Assembly: GCA_014905635.1 (NCBI GenBank)
Contig: JABVCE010000018.1
Coordinates: 372,001 to 436,000, forward strand
Source: Scenedesmus sp. PABB004
Lineage: Eukaryota
Direction: 5' to 3'
Length of the DNA stretch: 64,000 bases
In this document: positions 51,093-62,298 of the stretch, piece by piece
Position numbering within the stretch: the first letter of the stretch is position 1
How the letters are laid out: each line of letters opens with the position of its first letter
Made by a program: the position numbers and the translations under genes
The notes under the pieces: generated by a model
What the model was told of the DNA's origin: nothing
The model's input: the letters and a program-made list of their open reading frames with translations, nothing else
Databases searched by the model: none

Positions 51093-52105
51093 TCACGGCA
51101 GCTCCAGGTGCTCCCGGCCGCGCCAAAAGGCGGGGCCGTAGTCCAGCAGCAGCTCCTCGCCCGGCGCGATCGCGCGCGTGGCGTGCAGCGCGACGCGGCG
51201 GCGCCCGCGCTCGTAGTAGCGGCCCACGTTGGCGCGCGCGCGCGAGTGGTTGATGTGCCTGCGGCGCGGCCCCCGGGCGCGGCGCGGCCGTCGCCGCGCG
51301 GCCGCGGCGCGGCGCCCGGCGCGGCGTGGGTGCGCGGCGTGCGGCGCGGCACGCACGCCGGGTGGAATGCGGTCGTGTCGGCCGCGCGCGCTGCGGCGTC
51401 GAGCACGAGCTCCTGGTCCAGGGCCAGGCAGTAGTCGGCCACGCCGTCCTTGTAGCGACCAAAGAAGGCGGCGCGGTTGAGCAGCTCGCCGGTGTAGTCG
51501 CCCAGGTGCGCGCCCGGCGGGATGGGCGCCGCGGCAAATGCGCCGTTCCCGCGCACGTCCCCCGTGGGGCGGACCACGATCGCGCCCGGCGGCACCCCCG
51601 GCGCGGCGTGCGGTGAGAAGGGCAGCAGCTGCAGCCACAGCCGGCCGGCGTGGAGCTCGGCGTGGAAGCGGTCCCCGAGCGCGAGCTTCAGCGCGCCCAA
51701 CACCGCCGCGCCCGCGAGCGCAGCTGCCGCCACGGCGCCCGCCACCGCCGACGGCGGCGGCAGCGGCGGCAGCTGCGACGCTTGCTGGGTGAGGGCGGAG
51801 AACGACGCAGCGCCGACGGCGCCCAGCGCTGCCGCGCCTGCGGCCGCCACCGCCGCCGGCTGCCGCCGCGCCAGGGCGCGCAGCCGCTCGACCGGCGGCT
51901 GCTCTCGCTGATGCTGCTGCTGCTGCTGCTGCTCTGGCTGCGGGGAGATCCTCGCTGGCTGCGGCTGCTGCTGCTCTCGCTGCTGCCGCTCTCGCTGCTG
52001 CTGCTCTGGCTGCGCGGAGCATCGCAAATGCAGCCGCAGGCGCGCGTGCCTCGAACCCGGGCCCGCCAGGGGCCGGGGCAGGCCGCGGTGGGGCAGGGCC
52101 GACAT
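51093..52105 (-). CDS. SET-domain methyltransferase with transit-like N-terminus (2 exons)
   Basis: RGNGAFAAAPIPPGAHLGDYTGE, HINHS..RANV and ATRAIAPGEELLLDYG. Confidence 0.88.
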
Positions 52106-52304
52106 CGCGCCGGCGCTGCTACAGCGCCGCTGCTGCTGCCGCCGCGCAGGTCAGCCGGCGGAGAGGAGGGTGTCGAGGAGCTCGCGAGAAGCGAGGGCGA
52201 GGCTCTGGGGCCGGGTCAGGGCTGCGGCGACGACGGTCGCGGTCGCGGCGCGCAGGGCTCTGCGGGCCAGGGCCCTGGCGCGCCGGCGGCGCCGCGCGCT
52301 GTTC

Positions 52305-54603
52305 TTACTTACACCTTGCCGCGGCGCCCAGCTCCACCACCACCGCGGCGTCGCCCGGCGCCGCCGCCTCGCGCCGCGCCGCGCGCACGGCGCGCGCGCG
52401 CAGCAGGAAGGCCAGCGTCGCGGAGCCGCCCTGGCGCCAGGGCTTGGCGGAGAAGAGCGATAGCAGCGCGTCCATGTCGCCCAGCGTCTCCGGCATCGCC
52501 GCGCCGAGCGTTTCAGGCAGGACCAGCGTCAGGGCGCCCGCCGCGAGCGCGGCGAGGCCAAACACGAGGAAGGGCAGCGTCGTTCTGGGGGTCTGCCTGT
52601 GCAGCGCCGGCCGGTTGGCGGGCGGGTGTGCGGCGCGGCGGTCCGGACTGCGGCGCGCCGCGCGGCGCGGCGGCCACCCGCACCCGCGCGCCCGCCATGA
52701 GGAGCAGCGGAGCCACGATCGACCCGAGCCGGCCCTGAAAGTTATAGAGGCCCATGAATGACGCCCGCACCGCCGTGGCGTGCAGCTCGGTCGTGAACCT
52801 GAGGCCACGGGGCGCGCGCGCGCGTCAGACGAGGAAGGAGAGGCTCGCACGCGCGCGGGCGCGCGCGCGCGCGCGCGCGCGCGCCCGACGCCCTGCGCGC
52901 GCAGCCATGCGCGCGCACGTGCCGAGCACCGCCATGCCCACGGTGACGCCGAGCTTGCCGGCCACCGCGAGCGCCGCGCGCGCGGCGGCGCCCCGCGTCA
53001 GCGCGCAGCCGAGGCAGGCGCCGCCGCCGACGAGCAGGCCGGCGCTGAGGATGACGTGGCGCCCGGCGCGGTCGGCGACGAGCGCGGTCAGCACCTGGGC
53101 GGCCAGCTCGGCCGCCATGAGTGTAGCGTACGTCACGTACAGCGAGCCCGGCAGTGACCCGGCGCCGAGGGAGAGGCCGTAGGAGGCGACGTAGATGGAC
53201 CACCAAGTAAAAAGCAGGACAAGCGTGCGCACTAGGAGCTTCCGCTCGCGCAGCACGGCGCGCAGGCTGACGCGCGGCGCCGGCGCCGGCGGCGCGCCGA
53301 GCTGGCCCTGCTGCTGCTGCTGTTCCTGACCCTGCTGCTCCTGCTGCTGCTCACCCTGCTGCTCACGCTGCTGCTCGCCGCCGGCCTCCGGCTCGCCGCA
53401 GCCGCCCTCCTCGATCGCCGCCAGCTCGGGCTCGGCCGCGTGCGCCGCCACGAGCGGGAAGGGCGGCGGCGCCTTGCCGTTCAACGACGCCAGTCGCCGC
53501 ACCACCGCCGTCGCCTCGGCCGTGCGGCCCCTACTCAGCAGCCAGCGCGCCGACTCTGCGCGCAGGTGCGGGCGGGCGTGCGCGAGCGTCAGCGGCCGCG
53601 CGCGAGGCTGGCCGGCGGCCCGAGCCCATTGGCGCCCCGTCTCCGTCTGCGCGCACCTGGGATGGCCGGCCAGAGCAGGACCATCGCCGCAGACATGCCC
53701 GCCGCGACCGCCGCGAGCGACCGCCACGCCCGCACGCGCGCGCCGAGCGTCACCAGCACAAAGCCGCCGACCGACCACACCATGCCCGACAGCACGCTCG
53801 CAATGCCCCTGGAGGTGCGGCGGTGCAGGGCCAGGGGGTCTGGCCTGGCCTGGCAGGGAGGCGCTCGCCCGCGCGCGCGAGGCCGCCGGCCGGCGCGCGC
53901 GCGCTGCGGCCCCACACGCACCTGCGCGACCGGCCGGCGATCTCCGCGTTCAGCAGGGAGACGCACTGGTTCTGGCCCGCCGCGCCGACGCCGGTCACAA
54001 AGCGCGCGACGGCGATGAACGCGTACCCGCCGGCGCCGCGCGGCGCGGCCGCGGTCGCGGCGACGCCGGCGGTGACGGCGAGGCTGGCGCCGAGCATCGG
54101 GCGCGTGCGGCCGTAGGCGTCATTCACGCGGCCAAAGGCGGCCGCGCCGAGCGTGTTGAGGAGCTGGACGCGCCACTGCGCGCCGCAGACCAGGTCGTAC
54201 TCGGCGGCGAGGTTGTCGGTGCTGGTCCAGCGCCACGCGCCGCGCGGCAGCGCGCAGAACGCTGCGGCGGGGCTCGCCGACGCGGCGACGGCCGCGCACG
54301 CCGCGTCGCCCGGCTCCACGCACGCCCAGGCGCGCTGCCGGCTGACGGGGTCGACAGCCACGAAGACCATGAGGTAGAAAATCACCTGAGCGCCCAGGGG
54401 CGGCCACGGCTGTGTTCAGGGCACGGGCGGTCGCGCGACGCCGCCGCCTGGGCGGTCTCGCGCTGGCGGCCGTGGCCACGCCCGCCGGCGGTCGCGCCGC
54501 GGTGCTGTCGCCCTGGGGCAGCCTCGCACACGTGAGGCACGCCCCGACCATCTTGGAGGCCGCCAGTGAGCGCCTCGTCGTACGTGAGGCACGCCCCGAC
54601 CAT
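52305..54603 (-). CDS. SLC22/OCT-like MFS organic cation transporter, about 7 exons
   Basis: AEYDLVC, NDAYGR, ARFVTGVG, IP|ESARWL, ADRAGRH, ELHATAVRA, GRLGSIVAP, LPETLG. First exon uncertain. Confidence 0.88.
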
Positions 54604-54614
54604 CTTGGAGGCCG
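54531..54614. repeat. About 32-bp direct repeat, 2 copies 52 bp apart, duplicating the transporter start-codon context
   Basis: cgtgaggcacgccccgaccatcttggaggccg at about 54531 and 54583. Confidence 0.85.
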
Positions 54615-55758
54615 GGGGAGGCCGGGGGAGGCGCCGCAGCGTCGAAGGAGCGCCGCGCTGGCCGCCCAGCGGCGGTCAAGGCCGGCCGCTGCTGCCCAGG
54701 CTGCTGCTCGCTCGCGACGCGGGCGGCCGCCGGACGCGCGGATGGGCCCGTCTGCGCAGCACGCACGCCTGTCTCACGCGTCGGGGCGGCTGCACGGACG
54801 GCGCCGCGCCGCGTCAGTGACGAACGGTTTAACGCACGCGCCTCCCGACGCCCGCACTTTTATGTGCCACTGCATCAATCACAATTGGAGGCCGCCGCCG
54901 CTGCACGCCTGTGCAATGCGTGATGCGGCGCGCGTGGCCCTGCTCGTGAGGTCGCCGGCGCGCGCCTGCAGGCGGCGGCCGCCGCCCAACATGATGCACT
55001 GGGCGCGCCGGGAACAAAGGCGCGCCGGCCCCGCCGTGCTCCGCCCGCGTGGTCGTGCGCGGCCCTGCGGGGCTCCCCCTCCCTCGCGCGCTGCAGCCGT
55101 GGCCACGGAATCACACGCCCCGCGCGGCGGCGGCGGGGCGTGAAAAGGGCGGCGGCGGCCTGCGCAGCATTCCAGCTGGGCCGCGCCGCCGCCCGCGCCC
55201 GCGCCGCCCATACGAGACAACAACACGGACGGTTGTACAGCAGCAAGGTCAGTCTCAGTCTCAACGCCCGCCGAGCGCGCGGGGCGGCGCCGCGCGGCGC
55301 CCGCGCGCCGACCGCGGGCCGCCCCGCGCCGCGCGGCGGGGGAACGCAGTGACGCGCGGCGCAGCAGCTGCGCCGCGCCAGCCTGGGCCTGTCGCGAGCA
55401 AACACGCTAGCTACGCGCCTAGCGCCGCCCGCCGCCCCCTCGCCTGCCGCACTTGTTTAGCGCCGCCGCCGGCGCCCCGCCGGCCGCCCCGCTGCCCCCG
55501 CAGACACCCGCCGCCCGCCCGACCCCGGGTGGCCGCCCGCGCGCGGCCGGTGCAGCCGTCGACGGCTGTGACCGCGAGCGGGGCGAGCCGCCGTCCCAGG
55601 TTCTGCACACCGGGCACCGCCCCCGTCCGCGGACAAAGCAGCCGGGGGCGTGCACACAGCTCGCCGCGGCCGGCCCGCGCGGGCCGGCCGCGGCGGCAAT
55701 CGACCGCGCTCGCGCTCGTTTCCGCCCCTCAGAGCGCGCCGCTCGCCGGCCGCGCCGC

Positions 55759-58700
55759 TCAGGCGCCCAGCCCCGGCGGCGGCCCGCCGCGCTCGCCGCC
55801 GGCCTCCGCCGCGCCGCTGCCCGCGGCCGCGAGGCCGCCGCCGCTGCCGCCGTGGCTGCTGCTGCTGGCCAGGCCGTGCTCCGAGGGCGAGCAGCCCAGC
55901 ACCGCGCCGCCGCCGCCGCCGCCGCCGCCGAGCGCGGTGCTCGAGCCGGCGCGGCTGCCGGCGAGGCTGCCGCTGCTGACCGCGCCGCTGCTGCTCACGC
56001 GCGGCGAGCGCTCGTACGCGCCGCCGCCGCCGCCGCCGCCGCCGAGCGCGCCGCCGCTGCTGCTGCCGGGCAGGCGCGGACGCGCGTGGGTGCCCATGGG
56101 GAAGGGCTCCGGCTCGCCCGCGTCGGGGCCCTCGCTCACAAACAGCACCGGCCGGCAGCGCTTGTCCTCGTGCATGAGGCTGCTGTTCTGGAAGTGGCTG
56201 ATCAGCGCGGCGCGGCCCTGGATGCGGCCGTAGCTGATGGAGCACACCTTCTCGCTGTTGAACTTGTCCCAGCGCTTGCCGTTGAAGCGCGCCACGAGCG
56301 GCGGGATGAGGCGGGGCGCGAGCATGTTGATGAACGCGTAGCCGACGTTGCACTTGTTCTTAAAGTCGATCGGCAGGTAGAAAAAGTCAAACGTGCCCTT
56401 GAACTGCTCCTCGATCGTGCCGAGCAGCATCTTCTGGGTGTACTTGTTGGGGATGTTCTTGATCATCAGCGTCGTGCGCTTGTCCTCGCCGCTGAGGATG
56501 CGGTCGACGTCGAGCGCAAACAGCCGCTCCTGCTGCGCCTTGCGCTCCGCCTCGACCGCGGGGTCGGCCGCGCGGCGGCTGAGCCGGCCGCCGCCGCGCG
56601 CGCCGCCGGCGCTGCCGCCGGGCTCGCCGCGGTGCCCGCCGCGGCCGTCGCCGGCGAGGCCAGAGAGCGACCCCGTGCTCGCGCCGCGCGGCATGCCGGG
56701 CCCGCCGCCCGCGGCCGCCGCCGCGGCGGCCGCCTGCAGCTGCAGCGCGCCGAGGCCGTGCAGGCTGCCGTAGCTGCTGCTCGCCGGCAGGCCGAGCCCC
56801 GCGAGCGCCGCGGGGTTGAGCATGCCCGCCGCGGCGAGCTGCGAGGGGTGCAGGCCCGCGTGCAGCAGCTGCTGCGCGGCGTGCAGGTTGCCCGCGAGCG
56901 CCTGCGCCTGCAGGTTGGCCTGCAGCAGCTGCTGCAGCGCGAGCTGCTGCTGCTGCTGCTCCAGGCCCGACATGCCCAGGCCCGCCGCCTGCGCCTGCAG
57001 CATCGCCGCCGCCGCGGCCGCGCTCTGCTGCTGGCCGAGCAGCCGCCCCGCCATCGCCGCGGCCGCGGCCGCGGCGGCGGCGTTCTGCTGCTGCGCCGCC
57101 GCCGCGTGCTGCTGCTGCTGCGCCGCGACCGCCGACATCGACAGGCACGGGTGGCTCAGGCTGCGCAGCCCGCTCGCGCCGAGGCCGCCCCGGTACGCCG
57201 CCGCGGCGGCCTGCTGCTCCGCGCCGAGCAGGTAGGGATTGCTGCCGAGCAGCCCGCCCAGGCCGCCGCCGCCGCCGCCGCCGGCGTGGCCGCCGCCGTG
57301 GCCGCCGGCGTCGCCCATGAGGTGGAGGCCGCTGTCAAAGCTCGTGCTGCCGAGCCCGCTGCTCAGGCCGCCGCCCATGCCCGCGGCGGCGGCCGCGGCC
57401 GCGAGGTTGGTCATGCTGCCGCCGAGCATGCCGCCCAGGCCGCCGGCGCCGCCGTCATCGTGGCCCGCCGCCGCGGCCTGCAGGAGGCCCTCCATGTTCT
57501 GCAGCTGGTCGCTGCTGCCAAAGCTGCGCTGCATGCCGCCCGCGCCGGCGGCCGCGGCGGCGGCCTGCGCCGCCGCGGCCGCGGCCGCGGGGCCCAGCGG
57601 CTGCTGCCCGCCGTGCGGGCCGTAGTGCGCGCCGCCCGGCATGCTGTAGCCGCCGTGCAGGCCGCTGCCGCTCGCGCCGGGCGCGCCAAACACGCTGCCG
57701 CCCTGCGCGCTCGCGATGCTGCTGGCAGAGTCGCTGACGTGCATGCCGCTGCTGCCGACGGGCAGGCCGCCGCGCTGCGCGCCAGCCGCGGCGCCGCCGG
57801 GGCCGGCGCCAGCGGCGCCGCCGCCGCCGCCCAGGCCGCCGCCGCCGCCGCCCGGGCCGCCGCCGCCCATGAGCAGCTGCAGCTTCTGCAGCGCGTCGGT
57901 GCTGCCGCTGCTGGTCTCGACCACCGGGTCCTGCGGCGCGCGGCGCGGCGGAGCAGGGTCAGGCGGGCGCGGGCGCAAGCGTCCGCCACGCCCACGCAGC
58001 GCGCAGCCCGCCCTCCGCCCCCTCCGCGCCCGCCCTCCCTCGCCCCGCGCACCAGGCCGGACAGATCGTTTCGGCTGCCGCGCAGCAGCCCGCTCGCCAG
58101 CGCCTGCTGCAGCAGCATCTGCTGCTGCTGCTGGTGCTGCTGCTGCAGCAGCGCCGCCTGCTGCTGGCCGTGCTGGTGCACCTGCGCCTGCTGCTGCTGG
58201 TGGTGCGCCTGCTGCTGCGCCTGCTGCGCCTGCTGGTGCGACTGCTGCTGCTGCGACTGCAACTGCGGCTGCTGCTGCCGGTTGAGCAGGCCCGCCAGGC
58301 TGCCGGGCTGGCCCGACGTGTCCCAGCTCTGCGACAGCGGGCCCAGGTTGAGCGGCGGCGAGACCGCGCTGTGCATGCGGTCAAGCATCCCGCTCACTGG
58401 CCGCACCATGCCGCGCTGCGCCGCCTGCGTCATGCCGTCGGCCTGCTGCATCGCGAGCGCCATGCGCGCGTGGTCGTAGCTCGGCGGCCGCGGGATGGGC
58501 AGCCCCGCCGAGCACGGGCGCGGCAGCTGCGGCGCCTGCTGGTGCTGCTGCTGCTGGTGCTGCTGCTGCTCCATCTCCAGCTGCTGCATCGCCGCCGCGA
58601 CCTGCGCCGCCGCGAGCGAGTGGCCGCCGGCGCCGGCGCCCTGCGCCGCGGCCGCGCCGCCGTCGCCGCCGGCGCCGCCGCCGCGCGGCGCGCCGTCGGC

Positions 58701-60101
58701 CTCGCCCGGCGCCGCCGCCAGCAGGCCCGCCGGCAGGCTGCCGCCGGCGGCGCCGGCGGCGCCGCTCGGGCTCGCGCCGCCGGGCAGGCGCGAGAGCTCC
58801 GCGCGGTTCATCGCGCGCAGCGCCGCCGCGGCGTGGCGGACGTCAAAGAACTCAATGAACTTTTGGTTTGACCGCGCGGGCGCCTGCTGGATGTCGCGCA
58901 CGTCGCCAAAGCGGCTGAAGATCCACACCAGCTGCTCGTTGGTCGTGTCGGGGTCGAGGTTGTACACGACCACGACGCCCTGGTTGACCTGGTTGGCCTC
59001 GCCGCGCTTGGGCGCGCTGAACGCGACCTCGAGCGGCCGCCCGCCGAGCGGCGCGCCGCTCAGCGCGCCCGCCGCCGACGTCGCGGCCCGGAGGTCGTAG
59101 TAGCCCACAATCACGAGGCCGCGGCCCTTGGCGGCGGTGTACAGCGTGCGCAGGTCGCCGTGCGCCGCAAAGATGCGGCGCACCTCCTCGTCGGGCACGT
59201 CGGGCGGGACGTTGGACACCAGCAGCGTGCGCGACGGCGCCTCGATGGGCGCGAGGTCGGACAGCGACGCCGCGCTCGGCAGGCCGCCGCCGGGCGGGCC
59301 GCCGGAGAGCAGCTGCTCCGCCGCCGCGGCGCTCGCGGCGGGGTCGGACCCCAGGTCGGCGCCGAGCTCGAGGCCGCCGACCGAGGCAAAGATGTCCTCC
59401 TCCACGCTCGCCGTGCTGCCCACGCGGCGGCCCTTGGCGAGCGGCCGGCCGGGCGCGGCGGGCGCGCCGCCGCCGCCGCGCGCGCCGCCCGGCGCCACGG
59501 CCGTCTCCGGCCCGTCGCCGTCGAGGTCGGGCAGCAGCCTGCCCAGGGCGGCGAGGCTCAGCGGCTCCATGTGCTCCGAGTCGTCGCCGAGGCTGCCTGC
59601 GCGGGGTCGGCGCGTGCGGCGTGCGGGGCGGCGGCGGCGGGGTGGGCGCTCGGAACAGACGCCGCGGCAGCGCTGCCGCCGCGCAGCGCTGCCGCCGCCG
59701 CCGCGGCGCCGCCGCCGCGCCGCGGGTGCATGCGGCAGCCTCACCGTCAAAGTGCCGGCCGTGTGCGGACGACGCGCTGTCCACGAGCGGCAGGCTGGCC
59801 TGGAACTGGGCGGTGCTGCCGGAGTCTGTTGCGGGTTGGTTGATGATTCGCCGCCCGAGCTCGCCCTGGCGGGCGCGGCGCGCGGGTCGGGGTGAGACCG
59901 AGGCGCACCGGGCCGGGGCGCCGCGCCGGCCAGGGTGGGCGCCCCGGCGCGCCGGCGCGGCCCATCAGCGCGCCCCGCCGCGCCGCGTGTGCTGCGCGCC
60001 CCCGGCGCAGCGGCACCGCCCCGCACCTTGAGGCCTGCACCAGGCGCCTGTCCCGCCGCCGAGGGCGCGGGCGCGAAGCTGCTGCTGCGCCAGGCGTCCA
60101 T
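55759..60101 (-). CDS. MEI2-like (AML) RNA-binding protein with three RRMs
   Basis: EEDIFASVGGLELG; RRM1 PSRTLLVSNV...GDLRTLYTA.K.RG..IVGYYDLRAA; RRM2 NQGVVVVYNLD...KFIEFFDVRHA; RRM3 DKRTTLMIKNIPNKYTQKMLL...YLPIDFKNKCNVGYAFIN...YGRIQG. Confidence 0.95.
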
Positions 60102-60708
60102 GTGCGGTGCGCGACCGCGCGCCGCCCCGGTCCGCCTGCGGGGGGGGCGTGCCGACGGTCGTGCCGAAGCGCGCCGCCGCGCGCTGGCGGCAGCAGCGCG
60201 CGCCGGCGAGCAGCGGCACCAGGGCAGCGCCACCCCCCGCGAGCTGGCCACAAACGCGCCTGGCCGCGCCGCGCCTCTGCCGCGCCGGCTGCGACCCAGG
60301 CGAAGCGTCACGTCTCCGGTCGGCGCGCGCGGCGAGCGGTCAGCCGGGCGCCCGCCCTAGGTCGCGCGCTGCGCTGTGGCCGCGCGCTGAGGGCCGGTGC
60401 CGGGCGTGCGGCGGCCGTGCGCGCGCGTGTCCGCGGTGCTGTGGGCGCCCCACGCCGCGGGGCGGGACCGACGGCCGGCGCGGGGCAGCGGGGAGCGCGG
60501 GAGACGCAGGTTGTCAATATGACGCGCTGCCTTGCGCGATAGCTAGTCGCCCCGCGTCTCCCGAGCAGGCGCCGGCCCTCCACGAGCAGCTCCACAACCG
60601 CAGCCGCCACAGCATCGCAGCCCAGCGTCGCCGCCGCGGAGCCCAGCGACGCCGCCGCGCAGCCCGGCTCCGCCGTGCGCCGCTGCCGACGCCGACGCCG
60701 TGGCCGCC

Positions 60709-61938
60709 ATGGGCGCCGCCGACGGCGCGACGAGCGTCGCGGCGCTGCAGGCGCGCTTCGCGGCGCTGGACGCGCGGCTGGGCGGGGCCGAGGCCGCGGC
60801 GGCGCTCTCGGCGCGCTGGCGCGCGATCGAGCAGCGCGTCGCCGCCGCGGAGCGCGCGCTCGCCGCCGCGGCGCCGGCGCAGCGGGAGGGGGTGCAGCAG
60901 GGGCAGCAGCATGAGGGGCAGCAGGGCGGCGGCGGCGCCGCCGCCGGCGCGGCGGCGGCCACGGCGGCGGCAGCAGCGGCGGCGGCCGCGCGGGACGCGG
61001 CGCTCGCGGCGGCGCTCGTCGACGCGAGCCCCATCCAGGCGCGCCTGGCGCGGGAGCTGCACGAAAAGGGCTTCTCCGACTTCAGGCGCGCCCTCGGGGG
61101 CGGCGCGCGCCGCCGCGTGCGCCGGGCAGCCGCGCCCTGTGCGGCCGCGCGCGTGACCCGCGGCGCCGCAGGTTTGTGCGCGTGCCGCCCGACTACTACG
61201 ACCGCCCGCTCGCGTGGCGGCGCGACGTGCTGCGCGCGGCGAGCGAGGCGCACCTGTGCAAGAGCATCATCATGGAGAACACGCGCGCGCACAGCAGCGT
61301 GCGGGGCTGGGAGGACCCCACCAACTCAAAGTACTACGTCGTCATCGTGCAGGCGCGCGCTGCGCGCGCTGCGCGCGTGCTGGGGACGTGCTGGGCACAC
61401 CTGCTGGGCGCGCGCTGGGGACGTGCTGGGCGCTCGCGCTGGGCGCGTGCTGGGGACGTGCTGGGCGCGCTGGGCACCTGCTGGGCGCGCGCGCTGGGCA
61501 CACCTGCTGGGCGTGCGCTGGGGACGTGCTGGGCGCACCTGCTGGGCGCGCGTGCTCGGCGCGCGCGCTGGGCAGGCTGCGGCGGCCGACGCGCGCCGCC
61601 GTGCCCCGCCCCCGCGCCCGCAGTACACGGCGCGGCTGAACGCGGACAAGCTCAAGTCCCACATCCACCGCCTGGCGGGCGGCAAGGTGGGCAAGCAGTA
61701 CTTCAACATGCGCCTCTGCCCCGAGGACGTGAGCGACGCGCTCTCGGGCTACGAGCACAACGCGGTGAGCCCGATCGGCATCAAGACGCCGCTCCCGGTC
61801 GTGCTGAGCCACCGCATCCCCGCGCTGCGCCCCGACTTTTTCTTCATCGGCGCCGGCGAGACGGACCTCAAGGTCGGGCTCTCGGCCGCCGAGTTTGTGG
61901 ACCGCTACCGCCCGTTCGTGCTCGACTGCACGCACTGA
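60709..61938 (+). CDS. YbaK/ProX-like aminoacyl-tRNA editing domain protein (3 exons)
   Basis: FVRVPPDYYD.PL..RR..L, HLCKSIIMEN, SKYYVVIVQ|YTARLN, LSGYEHNAVSPIG, FFFIGAGE.DLKVG. Confidence 0.85.
   Translation: MGAADGATSVAALQARFAALDARLGGAEAAAALSARWRAIEQRVAAAERALAAAAPAQREGVQQGQQHEGQQGGGGAAAGAAAATAAAAAAAAARDAALAAALVDASPIQARLARELHEKGFSDFRRALGGGARRRVRRAAAPCAAARVTRGAAGLCACRPTTTTARSRGGATCCARRARRTCARASSWRTRARTAACGAGRTPPTQSTTSSSCRRALRALRACWGRAGHTCWARAGDVLGARAGRVLGTCWARWAPAGRARWAHLLGVRWGRAGRTCWARVLGARAGQAAAADARRRAPPPRPQYTARLNADKLKSHIHRLAGGKVGKQYFNMRLCPEDVSDALSGYEHNAVSPIGIKTPLPVVLSHRIPALRPDFFFIGAGETDLKVGLSAAEFVDRYRPFVLDCTH
61353..61575. repeat. Intronic degenerate 10-11-bp tandem repeat (GCTGGGCGCGC / GCTGGGGACGT / GCTGGGCACCT variants)
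   Basis: Fills most of the second YbaK intron. Confidence 0.8.
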
Positions 61939-62230
61939 CCAGCTGACCGGCCAGCTGGTCAGTACGCACTGCGGCGCCGCAGTGCGACTGGCTCGGCTGC
62001 GCGTGCTCTGACCGGCCGAGCTGCGGCGGCCGCGCGCTGCGACGCGCGCGCGCGGGCGGCGCTCGCGGTTGCAACGCCACGCAGTCCCGTTCGCCCCAGC
62101 CTGGGCGTAGCACACAACCCCGGGGGCGCGGCGCCGCGCAATTTGTGCAGCGCTGCCCCGGCAACGGCACCTGCAACAACGCCCCAGTGCTGGAGGAGCC
62201 CCCCCTTCCTGCCGCCGCGGCGGCGCACCA

Positions 62231-62267
62231 TCACCAGCCGTCGTCGGCCGGCACGTGCTGCGCCGCA

Positions 62268-62298
<31 letters not shown>

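Noticed and set aside
54531..54614. 32-bp direct repeats as a CRISPR array
   Set aside because: Only two copies with a 20-bp gap, in a eukaryotic gene start, and no cas genes.
55453..58479. 1008-aa + strand ORF
   Set aside because: Antisense to the MEI2-like exons, with no independent motifs.
55759..60101. MEI2-like gene as evidence of meiosis
   Set aside because: MEI2-like/AML genes are widespread and have vegetative roles, so they are not diagnostic.
61353..61575. Repeat array as CRISPR or transposon
   Set aside because: Short degenerate tandem units with no unique spacers, terminal inverted repeats or target-site duplication.
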